DNA from: Synechococcus sp. | Lineage (GTDB): Bacteria; Cyanobacteriota; Cyanobacteriia; PCC-6307; Cyanobiaceae | Reading direction: 5' to 3' | Length of the DNA: 64,000 nucleotides | Assembly (NCBI GenBank): GCA_047285305.1 | Contig: JBJBDL010000003.1 | Span: forward strand, 160,001 to 224,000 | Part shown: piece by piece, positions 1 through 11,853 of the stretch | Layout of the letters: each line of letters starts with the position of its first letter | Position numbering within the stretch: the first letter of the stretch is position 1 | Translations under genes and position numbers: made by a program | The notes under the pieces: model-generated | The model's input: the letters and a program-made list of their open reading frames with translations, nothing else | Told to the model about the DNA's origin: nothing | Database searches by the model: none

Positions 1-2
1 TT

Positions 3-1913
3 GGCCTCTTCAACGGAGTCTCCGGAGGGAGCAATGGCTACTTGCTCGGCCTGCGATACCGCTGGGGGCAAGACATACCGGCTTCAAAAAGCAACGTGAT
101 GCCTCCAATGCCGGAGTGTGAAGCCCCGGATCGCAACAAGCACGTCAAGCACTCGTCTCTTTCAGAACGCCTCGAATCGATTGCCCTCGGAGACGGAGGT
201 GAGCCGCAACGCCATGTCTCGAGTCATGACAAACCTACAGAAGAAACAATTCCGCCAAGCCAGCAGCAAGACATGCGGGCGAACGCGATATCCAACATCG
301 ACCAGCGCATCTCGCAAATCGCTTTAAAAGGCAGCTTCAGCATCGAACCACGCATTGGAATCCCCAGCCAACGCTCGAATTCCTCAGTCAGGGATGAAAA
401 TCGCTTCGGAACAATTCGACCTACTCAACTCAATAGTCTAGAGAAAACACAACTTCTCAGTGGCAAAGTCACCCGCTGGAGAGTTCAGGCATCAGAGGTC
501 TTAATCACAAAAAATGGATGGGAAGCTGACCGAATCGGCTTCAGCAACGACCCTTTCACACCGACGCAAACAAGGATCGATGCAGAGGACGTGGTCGCAA
601 GGGAAAAAGCCAATGGCGACATGATTATCTCTGCGCGTCGCAACCGCCTAATCCTCGAAGAACGATTGCCCATTCCAGTTACGCGTCGACAACTCATAAA
701 AGGAGAGGAAGATGTGGAAAACCGTTGGGTCTTTGGGTTCGACGACAGGGATCGTGACGGCTTCTTCGTTGGTCGCAATCTCAAGCCCATTGAACTAACC
801 CGCGATTTCACCCTGAGCCTGGAACCCCAGTTAATGGTGCAACGCGCCAACAAAGGCGAAACCAGTAGCTATCCGGCAGAGGGCCAATCAGCCGACAGTG
901 AAGATGTCGACCAGCCCATCACAGCAGCAGATCTATTAGGCCTTAAAGGCGAACTCAAGGGCCAGATCTGGGATTGGGACATCACCCTGGACGCCGACAT
1001 CAGCAGTTTCAAGCCGCAAAACTTTGCTAACGGCAGCCGCTACTGGGGCTCTATCGAAAATGATATTGAGCTGCCATGGTTAGGCGACGTCACCACTCGA
1101 TTATTTGGCGCGTACCGCTACAGATCCTGGAATGGCTCCCTGGGCGAAACCAATGTCTACTCAGCACTGGGTGGATTCATCGAACAGAGGAAATCCTTCG
1201 ACTTGGGCAAGCTGAGCAATTCCTATATCTGGCGAATCGGAGTGGGCAACTACCAGGCGGACAGCTTTACCAACACAAATCTCACCGAAAAGCTGCGTGC
1301 CAACTTCTACGGCTCCATCAACAGCGCTTATCCAATCTGGCGCGGGGAATCAGCCCCTTTGACCCCTGAGGACGCTTATCGCTACTCACCGGTAGCCATC
1401 GTTCCAGGTCTACGGTTCAACACCAATATCAACACATTTTTGTCGTCCTATGGCGATGGCACCAGTCAAAGCACGGTCAGCTTGTCCGTGGGACCAACCC
1501 TCACCCTGGGAACCTTCAGCAAAGCCTTCCTGGACTACACAAAGCTGACGATCAGCGGTAGTGCCACCCTCAAAAATGGTTCAAGCCCCTTTGATTTCGA
1601 CCAGGCCATCGACTTGGGCACCCTTGGCATTGGCATCACCCAGCAGATCGCTGGTCCCCTAGTCCTCAATGCCGGCATCGGAGTCAATGTGGATCCAGCT
1701 TCCGAGTACTACGGCGATGTAATTAATTCCAATATCGAACTTCGATGGCAACGACGTAGCTATGACATCGGGTTGTACGTAAACCCCTACGAAGGCATCG
1801 GCGGTTTCCGATTCAGACTCCACGACTTTGACTTCAACGGCACAGGCGTGCCGTTTGTGCCATACACCCCGACGAACTGGATTAATACCACCAACACGGA
1901 TCGACCCTTCTGA
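3..1913 (+). CDS. DUF3769 / LptD(OstA)-like outer-membrane protein, 5' partial
   Basis: Frame is open back to the window edge (GLFNGVSGGSNGYLLGLRYRW). FSNDPF and DRDGFFVGR motifs plus a beta-strand-rich C-terminus are typical of cyanobacterial DUF3769. Confidence 0.75.
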   Translation, partial: GLFNGVSGGSNGYLLGLRYRWGQDIPASKSNVMPPMPECEAPDRNKHVKHSSLSERLESIALGDGGEPQRHVSSHDKPTEETIPPSQQQDMRANAISNIDQRISQIALKGSFSIEPRIGIPSQRSNSSVRDENRFGTIRPTQLNSLEKTQLLSGKVTRWRVQASEVLITKNGWEADRIGFSNDPFTPTQTRIDAEDVVAREKANGDMIISARRNRLILEERLPIPVTRRQLIKGEEDVENRWVFGFDDRDRDGFFVGRNLKPIELTRDFTLSLEPQLMVQRANKGETSSYPAEGQSADSEDVDQPITAADLLGLKGELKGQIWDWDITLDADISSFKPQNFANGSRYWGSIENDIELPWLGDVTTRLFGAYRYRSWNGSLGETNVYSALGGFIEQRKSFDLGKLSNSYIWRIGVGNYQADSFTNTNLTEKLRANFYGSINSAYPIWRGESAPLTPEDAYRYSPVAIVPGLRFNTNINTFLSSYGDGTSQSTVSLSVGPTLTLGTFSKAFLDYTKLTISGSATLKNGSSPFDFDQAIDLGTLGIGITQQIAGPLVLNAGIGVNVDPASEYYGDVINSNIELRWQRRSYDIGLYVNPYEGIGGFRFRLHDFDFNGTGVPFVPYTPTNWINTTNTDRPF

Positions 1914-2357
1914 TCAATCACCGCCGCCGATGATCAGATCACTTCCGAACAGTGAAGCTCCGGCGTAGCGCATGCCGGAGGTTCGCACGTTAGGTGCATA
2001 GGCATTGATCACCTGGGCCTCCCGCAGATCGGCATTGCGCAAATCCACGCCGGACAGCTCAGCATTGGTGAGGTTGGCTCCCCTTAGGTCAGCACCTTCC
2101 AGCAACGCTCCCGTCAGGTCAGCACCTTCCAGATTCGCCTCCCTCAGATCGGCGCCGCGCAGATCACTGCCTCGGAAATCAGCGCCGACCAGATGGGCCT
2201 GACGGAAATCCACCTCGCGGAGGTCACAGCCTGGACAGCTGCGGTCAAAAGGATCATGGGGCTCAATCTGAAGCGGAACGGCACCAACGGGAGCCACACC
2301 GGCAACAACCAACAGGGGCGCCAACGGCAACAACAACCGCGAAAGCAAATAGGCCAT
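1914..2357 (-). CDS. pentapeptide repeat protein with signal peptide
   Basis: A(D/N)LxG repeats, CPGCDL, hydrophobic N-terminus. Confidence 0.9.
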   Translation of the reverse strand: MAYLLSRLLLPLAPLLVVAGVAPVGAVPLQIEPHDPFDRSCPGCDLREVDFRQAHLVGADFRGSDLRGADLREANLEGADLTGALLEGADLRGANLTNAELSGVDLRNADLREAQVINAYAPNVRTSGMRYAGASLFGSDLIIGGGD

Positions 2358-2421
2358 TGAGATCCAACCTCCGAATGCAACCTCCTATCTCTTTCATAGA
2401 CACAGGAGTCGCGCTTGGCTG

Positions 2422-3039
2422 CTACTTGGCGGCGAACTGGTTGATGTAAGGAAGTGTTTGCATCAATTCCGCAACCTGGGGGCCATGGTCCAGGAGCTGG
2501 GACGTTGCATCCCAACGACCGCTGCGCAGCATGTCCAGAGGACCGGGATCGATCGACATAGGCCAACTGAGGTCGGCTGAGGTCAGTTGCAAACCGGCAA
2601 GATCGAGGCTCCAGGAGCGTCCCGGTTCACCATCCACCTGGGCCTGAATCGCCTTGATCTGCTCTGGAGCCGCCGTTGCACAGGGAATGCCAAGGGCGAG
2701 GCAGTTGCCGTAGAAGATCTCGGCAAAACTCACCCCAACAACCGCGCGAATTCCCCAACGCATCAACGCCTGAGGGGCATGCTCACGGCTGGACCCGCAG
2801 CCAAAATTGCCGTTCACCACCAGGATCGAGGCCCCCTGATAATGGCCCTGATCAAAGGGATGCTCACCGGAGAGTTCAAGACGATCGTCGGCAAACACCT
2901 GGTCACCAAGCGCCTCGAAACTCACGCATTTGAGGAACCGTGCCGGAATGATCCGATCCGTGTCGATGTCTTCACCGGAGACGGCGATGGCCGTTCCACT
3001 CACCTTTTGAATCGGACCAGTCGGGAAGAGAGCCATCAC
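2422..3039 (-). CDS. leuD: 3-isopropylmalate dehydratase small subunit
   Basis: [26 protein letters not shown]; overlaps leuC stop. Confidence 0.97.
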   Translation of the reverse strand: MMALFPTGPIQKVSGTAIAVSGEDIDTDRIIPARFLKCVSFEALGDQVFADDRLELSGEHPFDQGHYQGASILVVNGNFGCGSSREHAPQALMRWGIRAVVGVSFAEIFYGNCLALGIPCATAAPEQIKAIQAQVDGEPGRSWSLDLAGLQLTSADLSWPMSIDPGPLDMLRSGRWDATSQLLDHGPQVAELMQTLPYINQFAAK

Positions 3040-4454
3040 GATGCGGACGGAGAAATCAAAGTACGGACATCGGTCACACGACCATTAACGGCAGCTGCAG
3101 CCACCATGGCAGGACTCATCAACAACGTCCGGCCACTGGCCGATCCCTGCCGACCCTTGAAATTTCGGTTGCTGGAGCTGGCGCTGATCTGACGCCCCTC
3201 CAGCCGATCCGGATTCATTGCCAGACACATCGAGCAGCCGGGCTCCCGCCACTCAAAACCTGCGGCACGGAACACTTCATCCAGCCCTTCTGCTTCAGCA
3301 GCTTTCGCCACCTGCTCCGAACCGGGAACCACAAACGCCTTGATGCCTTCAGCTACCTGGCGACCACAGGCCACATCGGCAGCAGCACGCAGATCGCTGA
3401 GACGACCATTGGTGCAGCTGCCGATGAAACAGACATCCACAGGAACCCCGGCGATAGCCGTTCCCGGCTGGAGATCCATGTAGCGGTAGGCCTCCTCAGC
3501 AATAGGACGCTCGCCTGGATCCAGCTGATCAAGGCTTGGCACCGTTTCATCGATCCCCAGTCCCTGGCCCGGGGTAATGCCCCAGGTCACCGTGGGTGGA
3601 ATCGCAGCGGCATCAAACTCAACCTCATCGTCGACCGTTGCGTTGGCATCAGTGGCCAGGGAGCTCCACCAGGCGACGGCACGATTCCAGGCCTCACCCT
3701 CGGGGGCATGGGGGCGACCTTTGAGATAGTCAAAGGTGATCTGATCGGGATTGACGTAACCGCAACGGGCTCCCCCCTCGATCGCCATGTTGCAGAGGGT
3801 CATCCGCTCTTCCATCGACAACGCCTCGATGGCAGAGCCGGCGAACTCATAGGCGTAGCCAACGCCGCCCTTCACACCCAGGTGGCGAATCACATGCAGG
3901 ATCAAGTCCTTCGCTGACACGCCCCCGGCGAGACGGCCATTCACCTGAATCCGGCGCACCTTGAGCTTGTTCATGGCCAGGCTCTGGCTGGCCAACACAT
4001 CGCGCACCTGACTGGTGCCGATCCCGAAGGCGATCGCCCCGAAGGCGCCGTGCGTGGAGGTGTGGGAATCACCACAGGCCACAGTCATGCCCGGCTGGGT
4101 CAGGCCCAGCTCCGGGGCAATCACATGAACGATGCCCTGCCGGCCGCTGCCAATGTTGTTGAGAGGAATGCCGTGCTCCTGGCAGTTCCGCTCCAAGGTG
4201 CTGAGCATCTCCTCGGCCAACGGATCGGCGAACGGCCGTTGCTGAGAAGTGGTCGGAACGATGTGGTCCACCGTGGCCACCGTGCGCTCAGGACAGCGCA
4301 CCGTCAGCCCCTTGTCCTTCAACGCCGAGAAAGCCTGAGGACTGGTGACCTCATGGATCAGATGCAGACCGACAAACAGTTGGGTGGATCCGCCGGGGAG
4401 CTCAGCCACCCGATGCAGGTCCCACACCTTGTCGTAGAGGGTGCCGGAACTCAA
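3036..4454 (-). CDS. leuC: 3-isopropylmalate dehydratase large subunit
   Basis: [37 protein letters not shown]. Confidence 0.98.
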   Translation of the reverse strand: MSSGTLYDKVWDLHRVAELPGGSTQLFVGLHLIHEVTSPQAFSALKDKGLTVRCPERTVATVDHIVPTTSQQRPFADPLAEEMLSTLERNCQEHGIPLNNIGSGRQGIVHVIAPELGLTQPGMTVACGDSHTSTHGAFGAIAFGIGTSQVRDVLASQSLAMNKLKVRRIQVNGRLAGGVSAKDLILHVIRHLGVKGGVGYAYEFAGSAIEALSMEERMTLCNMAIEGGARCGYVNPDQITFDYLKGRPHAPEGEAWNRAVAWWSSLATDANATVDDEVEFDAAAIPPTVTWGITPGQGLGIDETVPSLDQLDPGERPIAEEAYRYMDLQPGTAIAGVPVDVCFIGSCTNGRLSDLRAAADVACGRQVAEGIKAFVVPGSEQVAKAAEAEGLDEVFRAAGFEWREPGCSMCLAMNPDRLEGRQISASSSNRNFKGRQGSASGRTLLMSPAMVAAAAVNGRVTDVRTLISPSAS

Positions 4455-4480
4455 CAGTTCAGCCGCAAGAACCGTCGACC

Positions 4481-5740
4481 CTAAACCTGAGCGAGCAAGC
4501 GAAGACGCAGACGATCCAAGCCGCGGATCACGCTCATCCTCTGAATGGCCTCACGACCCCGCCGCTCACCGAAATGCTGCACCCAGGCCTCACAGCCATC
4601 GGGACCAGCCAAGGCCAGGTGCACCAAGCCCACCGGCTTCTCAGCACTGCCACCGCCAGGGCCGGCGATGCCGCTTACAGCAATCGCCCAATCGCAATTG
4701 AGTTTCTCCCGGGCTGCCCGAGCCATCGCCTCGACCACAGGCTGTGAAACAGCGCCATGGGCAGTGAGCAGATCCGGAGACACCCCAAGCAGAGCCTGTT
4801 TCACCGCATTGCTGTAGGCGACGACGCCACCCTGGAAAACCGACGAAGAGCCTGGAACAGCCGTCAGGGCTGCCGCCAATCCACCACCGGTGCAGGACTC
4901 CGCCACCGCCAGCGTCTGGTGCCGTTGGTTGAGCAGGTCGATCACCACCGACGCCAGGCTGTCCGCATCGACGCCGTAGCAGTGATTGCCCGTGCGACGA
5001 CGCAGCTCAGCCTCCAGCGGCACTAACAGCTGAGCGGCGGTATCGGCACTGGACGCACAGGCCGTGAGCCGCAATTTCACATCGCCGAGGGAGGCATAGG
5101 GAGCCACCGTTGGGTTGGTCGACTCCAACAAATCGGCAACGCGCTCAGCCAGATCGGATTCGCCGATACCGCTGAAGCGGAGCTGACGGCTCACGAATAC
5201 ACCAGAAGCCCCACCATTGGCTTGAAGCCACGGGGCGGCCGTTTCCATCCACATCGCCCGCATTTCCGCAGGCACCCCCGGGAAGGTGAGAATCGTGAAA
5301 TGAGGCCGGGGAGACCAGATCATTCCCGGTGCCGACCCCTTTGGATTGGGAAGAACCTCCGCTCCACGGGGCAGATAAGCCTGGCTGCGGTTGCTGGAAG
5401 CAACCGGCAGGCCACCTGCCGATAACTTCTGCTGAATCTCCAGCCAGAGTTCGTGCCGCTCCTCCAAGGGAGTGTCGAAAGCAGCAGCCAAGGCCTCGGT
5501 GGTGAGGTCATCGGGGGTTGGGCCCAAACCTCCTGTCGTCACCAGAACCCTGCAGCGCTGCGATGCCTCGCGTACGGCAGAGATCAAACGCTCTTTGTTG
5601 TCGCCAACAACGGTTTGGCGGTAATGCGGCAGCCCCAGCCCCGCCAACTGTTCGGCAATCCATCGGGCATTGCCGTTGAGGATGTCCCCCAACAACAGCT
5701 CTGTGCCCACGCACAGGATTTCAACACCCGATTCAGCCAC
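4481..5740 (-). CDS. cinA: competence/damage-inducible protein CinA (NMN deamidase domain)
   Basis: [33 protein letters not shown] start at 5740 chosen from overlap with the upstream gene's stop. Confidence 0.92.
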   Translation of the reverse strand: MAESGVEILCVGTELLLGDILNGNARWIAEQLAGLGLPHYRQTVVGDNKERLISAVREASQRCRVLVTTGGLGPTPDDLTTEALAAAFDTPLEERHELWLEIQQKLSAGGLPVASSNRSQAYLPRGAEVLPNPKGSAPGMIWSPRPHFTILTFPGVPAEMRAMWMETAAPWLQANGGASGVFVSRQLRFSGIGESDLAERVADLLESTNPTVAPYASLGDVKLRLTACASSADTAAQLLVPLEAELRRRTGNHCYGVDADSLASVVIDLLNQRHQTLAVAESCTGGGLAAALTAVPGSSSVFQGGVVAYSNAVKQALLGVSPDLLTAHGAVSQPVVEAMARAAREKLNCDWAIAVSGIAGPGGGSAEKPVGLVHLALAGPDGCEAWVQHFGERRGREAIQRMSVIRGLDRLRLRLLAQV

Positions 5741-6875
5741 GCGGTTCGCCAAGGGCCGCATGCTCAATCGGGGTGGAGCAAGGGTTGGTGTTCAACAGAG
5801 CTCGCTCATGCTGCAGCTGCCGACGGCTGATCACCACCGTTGCCACGAGGATGGCCGTGGCAAAAGCCAGCCAGAGGAAACGCATCTCTGCATTGGCCAC
5901 CACCAGGGCCAAGGCGGCAAGCCACTGAGTGAAGACGTAGATCAACAGCACCGTGCGCCGGTGACTGAAGCCAGCGCGGAGCAGGCGGTGATGAAGATGA
6001 CGGCGGTCGGGATAGAAGGGGGAACGTCCTTCCCTCAGACGGCCCATGATTACGGCCGACATGTCGGCCAGGGGCAGCGAGAGAATCAGCAACGGCAGCA
6101 GCAGGCTCACCGTCGTGAGCCCCTTGGCGGGTCCCACGATGCTCACGGCAGCGAGGGTGAAGCCGAGGAAGTAAGAGCCCCCATCCCCCATGAAGATGCG
6201 GGCGGGGTTGAAGTTGTGGCGTAGGAAGCCGAGGCAGCAGCCCGCCAGCGCTGCGGCAAGGAATCCAGCTGCCACCTGATGCAGCGAAAAGCTGACGGAA
6301 ACCAGCCCAACAGCGGCAATGCCAGCCACTCCCGCAGCAAGACCATCAAGGCCATCCAGCCAGTTGATGGCGTTGGTGATCCCTACCAGCCAAACAACAG
6401 TGGCCAGCAGGCTGAGGCTGTCGGGAAGAGCAATTGGACCGGCTGAAGCGGTGAACCAGGGGAGATCGATCGCCCCAATCCGAACGCCCTGGGTCCACAC
6501 CGCACAAGCCACAGCGGTTTGTCCGGTCAGCCGCGGCCAGGGAGAGAGCGCGAAGAGGTCGTCGGCCAGGCCGATCAGAAAAAAGCAGAGCGAACCGGCC
6601 AGGGTGCTCCAAATCAGCTGATCCTTGGCCGGCGCCAGCAGGCCGAAGCCCCCCATAGACCAGACCGACGCCAAAGCCGTTCCAAAGCCCAGCACCATGG
6701 CAATCCCCCCGAGCCTCACCATGGGGGTGATGTGTTGCTTGCGCTCATCGGGCTGATCGGTCCACCCGAAGCGAAGTCCCAGCCTGCGAACTTGGGGCAC
6801 CAGCACCGTGGTGGTCACCGCAGCCAGAAGAAAGCTGACCGAGGCGACCGCGATAGGGCTGGCCAAGAGATTCAC
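5733..6875 (-). CDS. MraY/WecA-family undecaprenyl-phosphate GlcNAc-1-P transferase
   Basis: [30 protein letters not shown]; multi-TM. Confidence 0.9.
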   Translation of the reverse strand: MNLLASPIAVASVSFLLAAVTTTVLVPQVRRLGLRFGWTDQPDERKQHITPMVRLGGIAMVLGFGTALASVWSMGGFGLLAPAKDQLIWSTLAGSLCFFLIGLADDLFALSPWPRLTGQTAVACAVWTQGVRIGAIDLPWFTASAGPIALPDSLSLLATVVWLVGITNAINWLDGLDGLAAGVAGIAAVGLVSVSFSLHQVAAGFLAAALAGCCLGFLRHNFNPARIFMGDGGSYFLGFTLAAVSIVGPAKGLTTVSLLLPLLILSLPLADMSAVIMGRLREGRSPFYPDRRHLHHRLLRAGFSHRRTVLLIYVFTQWLAALALVVANAEMRFLWLAFATAILVATVVISRRQLQHERALLNTNPCSTPIEHAALGEPRG

Positions 6876-6990
6876 ACAGGCTCCAGGAAAGAGACGATCC
6901 CCCGGTCAGAAGGAGTCACCCCAATCCTAGGGAGACTGCAACCGTTCAACCAGGCACCGCCCCGGCCCATTCGAGAGCCAAGGCCAAGCC

Positions 6991-8280
6991 TCACGCCAGA
7001 ACAGGCTGCTTGCTGTCGGCGTAGAGAGGGAAGCGCTCACAGAGAGCACCCACCCGATCGAGGCAACGCTGACGAATCGCATCATCCTCAGGATTGAGAA
7101 GACGATCAGCAATCACATCAGCGACCTCCCGGAAGGCCTGTGCATCAAAACCACGGGTGGTGAGCGCAGCTGTTCCCAGCCGCAGGCCACTGGTGACGAA
7201 AGGAGATTCGGGATCGAAGGGAACGGTGTTTTTGTTGGCCGTGATGTGCACATCACTCACTAACAGATCAGCCACCTTTCCAGTCATCCCGATGCCACGC
7301 AGATCCAGCAGCACCACATGGTTGTCGGTGCCGCCGCTGACAACATCGATGCCGCGGGCGATCAGCTGTTCAGCGAGGGCTGCCGCATTCGCAACCACCT
7401 GCTGGCTGTAGGCCTTGAACGAAGGCTGCAGCGCTTCCCCGAAGGCCACAGCCTTGGCAGCGATCACGTGCTCCAGAGGACCGCCCTGGCTGCCAGGGAA
7501 CACGGCCTTATCAAACTTTTTGGCGAACTCGGCATCTCGGCAGAGGATTAGGCCGCCGCGGGGGCCTCGCAGGGTCTTGTGGGTGGTGGTGGTCACCACA
7601 TCGCAATGGGGCACCGGGCTGGGATGCACTCCAGCGGCCACGAGGCCAGCGATGTGGGCCATATCGGCGAGCAGATAGGCACCCACTTCATCAGCGATAG
7701 CACGGAAGGCGGCGAAGTCGATGGTGCGTGGGTACGCGGAATAGCCACAAACAATCAGCTTCGGCTTGTGCTCCGAAGCCAGCTGCCGGATCGCCTCCAT
7801 ATCGAGGCGTTGGGTCTCCTTGTCGACGCCGTACTGGACAACGTTGAACCACTTACCGCTGACGTTGACCGGGGAACCATGGGTGAGGTGACCCCCATGG
7901 GACAGGTCCAGCCCCATGATCGTGTCGCCGGGCTGCAGCAGGGCCAGGAAGACGGCAAAGTTGGCCTGGGCCCCACTGTGGGGCTGGACATTGGCCCAGG
8001 CGGCACCAAACAACTGCTTGGCCCGCTCGATGGCCAGCTCCTCGATGGCATCAACGTGCTCACAACCGCCGTAATACCGCTTGCTGGGCAGCCCCTCGGC
8101 GTACTTGTTGGTGAGCACGGAACCCTGGGCTTGCATCACCGCACGGGAGGCAAAGTTCTCCGATGCGATCAGTTCCAGGTGGGTTTCCTGACGCTGCCGT
8201 TCTTGATTGATGAACGCGGTGATATCCGGATCCGACTGAGCCAGATCAGCGTCGATGGCGCGTCCAGAAACCTGGCCCAT
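6991..8280 (-). CDS. glyA: serine hydroxymethyltransferase
   Basis: [25 protein letters not shown]. Confidence 0.98.
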   Translation of the reverse strand: MGQVSGRAIDADLAQSDPDITAFINQERQRQETHLELIASENFASRAVMQAQGSVLTNKYAEGLPSKRYYGGCEHVDAIEELAIERAKQLFGAAWANVQPHSGAQANFAVFLALLQPGDTIMGLDLSHGGHLTHGSPVNVSGKWFNVVQYGVDKETQRLDMEAIRQLASEHKPKLIVCGYSAYPRTIDFAAFRAIADEVGAYLLADMAHIAGLVAAGVHPSPVPHCDVVTTTTHKTLRGPRGGLILCRDAEFAKKFDKAVFPGSQGGPLEHVIAAKAVAFGEALQPSFKAYSQQVVANAAALAEQLIARGIDVVSGGTDNHVVLLDLRGIGMTGKVADLLVSDVHITANKNTVPFDPESPFVTSGLRLGTAALTTRGFDAQAFREVADVIADRLLNPEDDAIRQRCLDRVGALCERFPLYADSKQPVLA

Positions 8281-8342
8281 GAAGTGTCAGTACAGCTTTG
8301 ACCAATCGTAAGAAACCGCAGCGATAAGCCCGACCGATCAAC

Positions 8343-8371
8343 CAAAAAAAAACTGCCCAAGTGGGGCAGTT
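8343..8371 (-). terminator. intrinsic terminator downstream of tRNA-Arg
   Basis: AACTGCCC-CACTT-GGGCAGTT followed by a T-run on the minus strand. Confidence 0.8.
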
Positions 8372-8375
8372 AAAA

Positions 8376-8449
8376 CGCGCCTGGAGAGATTCGAACTCCC
8401 GACCCTCTGATCCGTAGTCAGATGCTCTAATCCGCTGAGCTACAAGCGC
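8376..8449 (-). tRNA. tRNA-Arg(ACG)
   Basis: GCGCTTGTAGCTCAGCGGATTAGAGCATCTGACTACGGATCAGAGGGTCGGGAGTTCGAATCTCTCCAGGCGCG folds as a cloverleaf with anticodon ACG; CCA not encoded. Confidence 0.97.
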
Positions 8450-8537
8450 CTGCGCCAAACCATCAGACCCCATCGAGGGTCCGCTCGTCAACTGGGTGCG
8501 GGCCGCGTCAGGATTCAGGTGTTTCTGAGCCCAAGCA

Positions 8538-8783
8538 ATGCCGATCCGCTGGTATGGACCCGCTGACCCTGAGGATCCGACCTATCGGCATTTCGAGCGC
8601 ATCGTGAACCTGTGCCTGCACGGCGGCGTGTTCGCCGCGGCGAACAGCGGCGGCTGGTTTCTGCAGGAGATGCGCCACCCCTTCCCTGAAGGGAGCCTGA
8701 CCTGGGTCACCGGCCTCTGGGCGACTCTGTGGCTAGGCCAATTGATCTGGGTGATTCTTAAGCGCCCCAAGCCAGAGAAATAA
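8538..8783 (+). CDS. small cyanobacterial two-TM membrane protein
   Basis: 81 aa, two hydrophobic segments, PEDPTYRHFERIVN N-terminus. Confidence 0.7.
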   Translation: MPIRWYGPADPEDPTYRHFERIVNLCLHGGVFAAANSGGWFLQEMRHPFPEGSLTWVTGLWATLWLGQLIWVILKRPKPEK

Positions 8784-8825
8784 AGCCAGCATGGACGCAA
8801 TCCCTACCTCGATCCTTCCGGGCTG

Positions 8826-9116
8826 ATGTCCCTCTCCGCCAGTGACCTGCAGGACCTTCAGAGTGCTTTGGCTGACCGCCTATACGTACAGATCAGCGGC
8901 TGGCATCTCTACCTCGGTGATGCCGACCTGGCTTCAGCTCTGGCGATCGAATGCAGTGCCCGCGTTAATCAAGGTGCTGAGGTAGCGGCCCGGCAGGCCC
9001 TCGACGCCGTCAAGGTGCCCCTAGCAGGAGGTGCCAGTCAGCTCCCCCTGTCCAAGCTGATTCCCCCCGCCCAGCTGAGGGATCTTGAAGAGATCCTCGA
9101 GCCGTACTGCGGATAA
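8826..9116 (+). CDS. DUF3181 family protein
   Basis: YVQISGWHLYLGDA motif. Confidence 0.75.
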   Translation: MSLSASDLQDLQSALADRLYVQISGWHLYLGDADLASALAIECSARVNQGAEVAARQALDAVKVPLAGGASQLPLSKLIPPAQLRDLEEILEPYCG

Positions 9117-9143
9117 GGTTGCATTCCATCCGCAGCGGTTGGT

Positions 9144-9407
9144 GTGCTGATCATTGAAGTCACCAACTCCAGAGATTTGGTGCGCCAACGCATCGGCCGC
9201 CTAGGTGAACGGCTGATCGGCCGGGTCGTGGATGCGGAGGCTCAGGTTGAAAAAGCCCTGATCCAGGAATTGGAAACCGCCTTTAAAGAATTTGGGATCG
9301 AGGCACGGATCGTGTCTGTTCAGGGGCCTCAACTCGTGGGTCGCGAGCAGCTGGAACTTCCAATTCAGGTGCGTGAAGAGCTCGATGTTCGTCTCAGCGA
9401 GCCCTGA
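9144..9407 (+). CDS. conserved hypothetical protein
   Basis: 87 aa ORF co-oriented with neighbours, protein-like composition. Confidence 0.65.
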   Translation: MLIIEVTNSRDLVRQRIGRLGERLIGRVVDAEAQVEKALIQELETAFKEFGIEARIVSVQGPQLVGREQLELPIQVREELDVRLSEP

Positions 9408-11001
9408 ATCGGCCCACTACCAACTGCGTGACCTCACGCACCTCCGGCACCTGAAGTAGTGCTGCAACGCAAGCGAACAGTGCCAAACCCAGCAGGCCAG
9501 AGGCAGACACCTGCAGCAGTAGGCCCAGCGACCCTGCGGGCCAAGGCACGACGGTCACCAGGATCCCCGCACCCCTTGCTGCCAGAACTCCGGCGATGGC
9601 GAGCCGCAGCAGGTCCATCCCCCAGCGCCGCAGCGGCAGACCTGAAATGCGCTTCTGCAGACCCACCAACAGGGCGAGGCAGGTGAGCAGGTTTATGGCA
9701 ACCGTGGCGAGCACCAACCCGGACGCACCGAAATTGAACGGCGACTGATTCCCCCAAGGGGTCGGGCCACCCACCAGCAACCAGTCAAAAACCACGTTCA
9801 GACCGATCCCCGCCAGCGAGAGCCGAAAAGGCGTCGTTCCATCTCCAATGGCATAAAAGACGCGCACCAGCACATCCCTTCCGAGGTAGGCCGGCATGCC
9901 CAGGCCATAGGCCATCAATAGGCCCGTCACCAGCTGTGCGGCTGATGCATCGAAGGCACCCCGCTCGTACACCAGGGCGACGATGGGGCCACCCAAAGCA
10001 ATGAACAGTCCCCCCAGGGGGATCATCGATGCCGCAGATAGCATCAACCCCTGGCGGATCCGATCGATCAGCTGCGGACGATCCTCCGGAGCCGTGAGCC
10101 TGGAAAAAGTGGGCAGCAAAGGCACCAGCAGTGCATTCGAGATGAGGCCCAGGGGGGTTTGCACCAGCAAATTGGCGTACCCCAGACCAGCCGCCGCACC
10201 GACGATGCCCGAAGCGAAAAACAGATCAGTGAACACATTGATCTGAAGCATTCCGGACGACAACGTCGCCGGCCCCATCACACGCCACACCTCCCGCACT
10301 CCCGGGTGCCGCCAGTCCCAGACCAGTTGGAAACGGGCCAACCCCTGCCGGATCAACGCCGGCAGCTGGATCAACCATTGCAGCAAGGCCCCCAGCAACG
10401 TGGCCAAGGCCAGCACCACACCACCTGTCATGGCGGCGGACGGCAAGGCGATGTCAGCGCCGAGCTGCCACCAGAGCAGTCCCACCCCCAGAATCAAGGC
10501 CCCGCTGGACATCAGCGGTGAAATCGCAGGAATCCAGAATTCGTCGGCGGCGTTGAGGGACCCGAAGCCGAGCCCGATCAGCCCGGCCAGCAGCGCCATC
10601 GGCGCCATCAACTGCAGCTGGACCCGTGCGATGGCGTGAAGCTCAGGGGCAAGGCCAGGGCCCACAAGGGTGATCAGAGGATCCGCCGCCAGCACCAGAA
10701 CGATGGTGACCAGGAGCAACAGAGCACTGACGCTGGTGTTGAGCGCCGCAAGGATGTGCGCCCCTTCAGCCCGGGGACGCCGGCTCAGCACGCTTACCAT
10801 CGCGCTGTGGAAGGGGCCATTGATTCCCCCGAGCAGGATCAGCAGAAATCCAGGCAGCACATAGGCGTAGTTGTAGGCGTCATAGGCAGCGCCCACCCCG
10901 AAGGCTGCTGCGATCACCAGCTGCCGAATCAAGCCACCCACCTTGCTCAGCAGGGTGCCGAGGGTCACCACCAGTGCGATCCCCTTCAGTGAACGCGGCA
11001 T
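9394..11001 (-). CDS. murJ: lipid II flippase MurJ (MviN)
   Basis: SKVGGLIRQ, AAAFGVG, multi-TM; start set to ATG 11001 (MPRSLKG). Confidence 0.93.
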   Translation of the reverse strand: MPRSLKGIALVVTLGTLLSKVGGLIRQLVIAAAFGVGAAYDAYNYAYVLPGFLLILLGGINGPFHSAMVSVLSRRPRAEGAHILAALNTSVSALLLLVTIVLVLAADPLITLVGPGLAPELHAIARVQLQLMAPMALLAGLIGLGFGSLNAADEFWIPAISPLMSSGALILGVGLLWWQLGADIALPSAAMTGGVVLALATLLGALLQWLIQLPALIRQGLARFQLVWDWRHPGVREVWRVMGPATLSSGMLQINVFTDLFFASGIVGAAAGLGYANLLVQTPLGLISNALLVPLLPTFSRLTAPEDRPQLIDRIRQGLMLSAASMIPLGGLFIALGGPIVALVYERGAFDASAAQLVTGLLMAYGLGMPAYLGRDVLVRVFYAIGDGTTPFRLSLAGIGLNVVFDWLLVGGPTPWGNQSPFNFGASGLVLATVAINLLTCLALLVGLQKRISGLPLRRWGMDLLRLAIAGVLAARGAGILVTVVPWPAGSLGLLLQVSASGLLGLALFACVAALLQVPEVREVTQLVVGRFRAR

Positions 11002-11069
11002 TCGGCCCCCAGCATTGGGCGCATTGTGGAGGCACCACACGAGACCATGGGCCAATCTCGGATGCTGCC

Positions 11070-11834
11070 ATGACTGGCCTTCCCTCTCCGGGCGATGCCC
11101 TGCTGCGCTTTGAACCACTAACGGAAGGCGTGCTGCTAAAGCGCTACAAACGCTTCCTGGCCGATGTGGAGCTGAGCAGCGGCGAGACCGTCACGGCCCA
11201 CTGCGCCAACACCGGCCCGATGACTGGAGTCTTGATCCCTGGCCAACGGGTGCGTCTGCGTTACGCACCCTCCCCCAAACGCAAGCTGGCCTGGACCTGG
11301 GAGCAAGCCGAAGTGCCAGGCGCCGATGGCCAACCTTGCTGGGTGGGCATCAACACGGCCCTGCCCAACCGACTGATTCGCGCCACGGTCGAAGCGGGGT
11401 GCCTGGAGGCCCAACTCGGGGCCATTGAGGGGATCCGGGCTGAAGTGGCCTACGGCAACAACAAACGCAGCCGGATCGACCTCCTGCTGACGCCATCCGC
11501 GCAGAACCCCGATCAACGACCGATCTACCTGGAGGTGAAGAACACCACCTGGACCAACGGCAGCACGGCCTTATTCCCCGACACGGTGACCGAACGGGGG
11601 CAGAAGCATCTAATTGAGCTGATGGGGGTCCTTCCAGACGCGCGGGCCTTGCTGGTGCCCTGCCTCAGCCGGCCGGACGTGACGGCCTTTGCTCCCGGTG
11701 ACAGCGCTGATCCGCGCTATGGAGAACTGTTTCGCCAGGCCACCAACAGCGGTGTTGAAGTTCTGCCGTGCTGCTTCAGCTTCAGCGCCGATGCGGTGCA
11801 TTGGCAGGGGACTCGTCTAGTCAACCTAGATTGA
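11070..11834 (+). CDS. sfsA: DNA/RNA nuclease SfsA
   Basis: KRYKRFLAD, AHCANTGPM, YLEVKN, FPDTVTERGQKH. Confidence 0.93.
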   Translation: MTGLPSPGDALLRFEPLTEGVLLKRYKRFLADVELSSGETVTAHCANTGPMTGVLIPGQRVRLRYAPSPKRKLAWTWEQAEVPGADGQPCWVGINTALPNRLIRATVEAGCLEAQLGAIEGIRAEVAYGNNKRSRIDLLLTPSAQNPDQRPIYLEVKNTTWTNGSTALFPDTVTERGQKHLIELMGVLPDARALLVPCLSRPDVTAFAPGDSADPRYGELFRQATNSGVEVLPCCFSFSADAVHWQGTRLVNLD

Positions 11835-11839
11835 TTTTG

Positions 11840-11853
11840 GTAGCAGATCGAAC
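11840..11853 (+). promoter_or_regulatory. putative NtcA box upstream of amt1
   Basis: GTA-GCAGATCG-AAC, one mismatch from GTA-N8-TAC, ~85 nt before the amt1 ATG. Confidence 0.5.

Noticed and set aside
2040..2230. Short direct repeats (aggtcagcaccttccag)
   Set aside because: Explained by pentapeptide-repeat coding; no unique spacers, so not CRISPR.
8376..8449. tRNA genes as integration sites for islands or prophage
   Set aside because: No integrase, and I saw no duplicated tRNA 3' end in the window for either tRNA.
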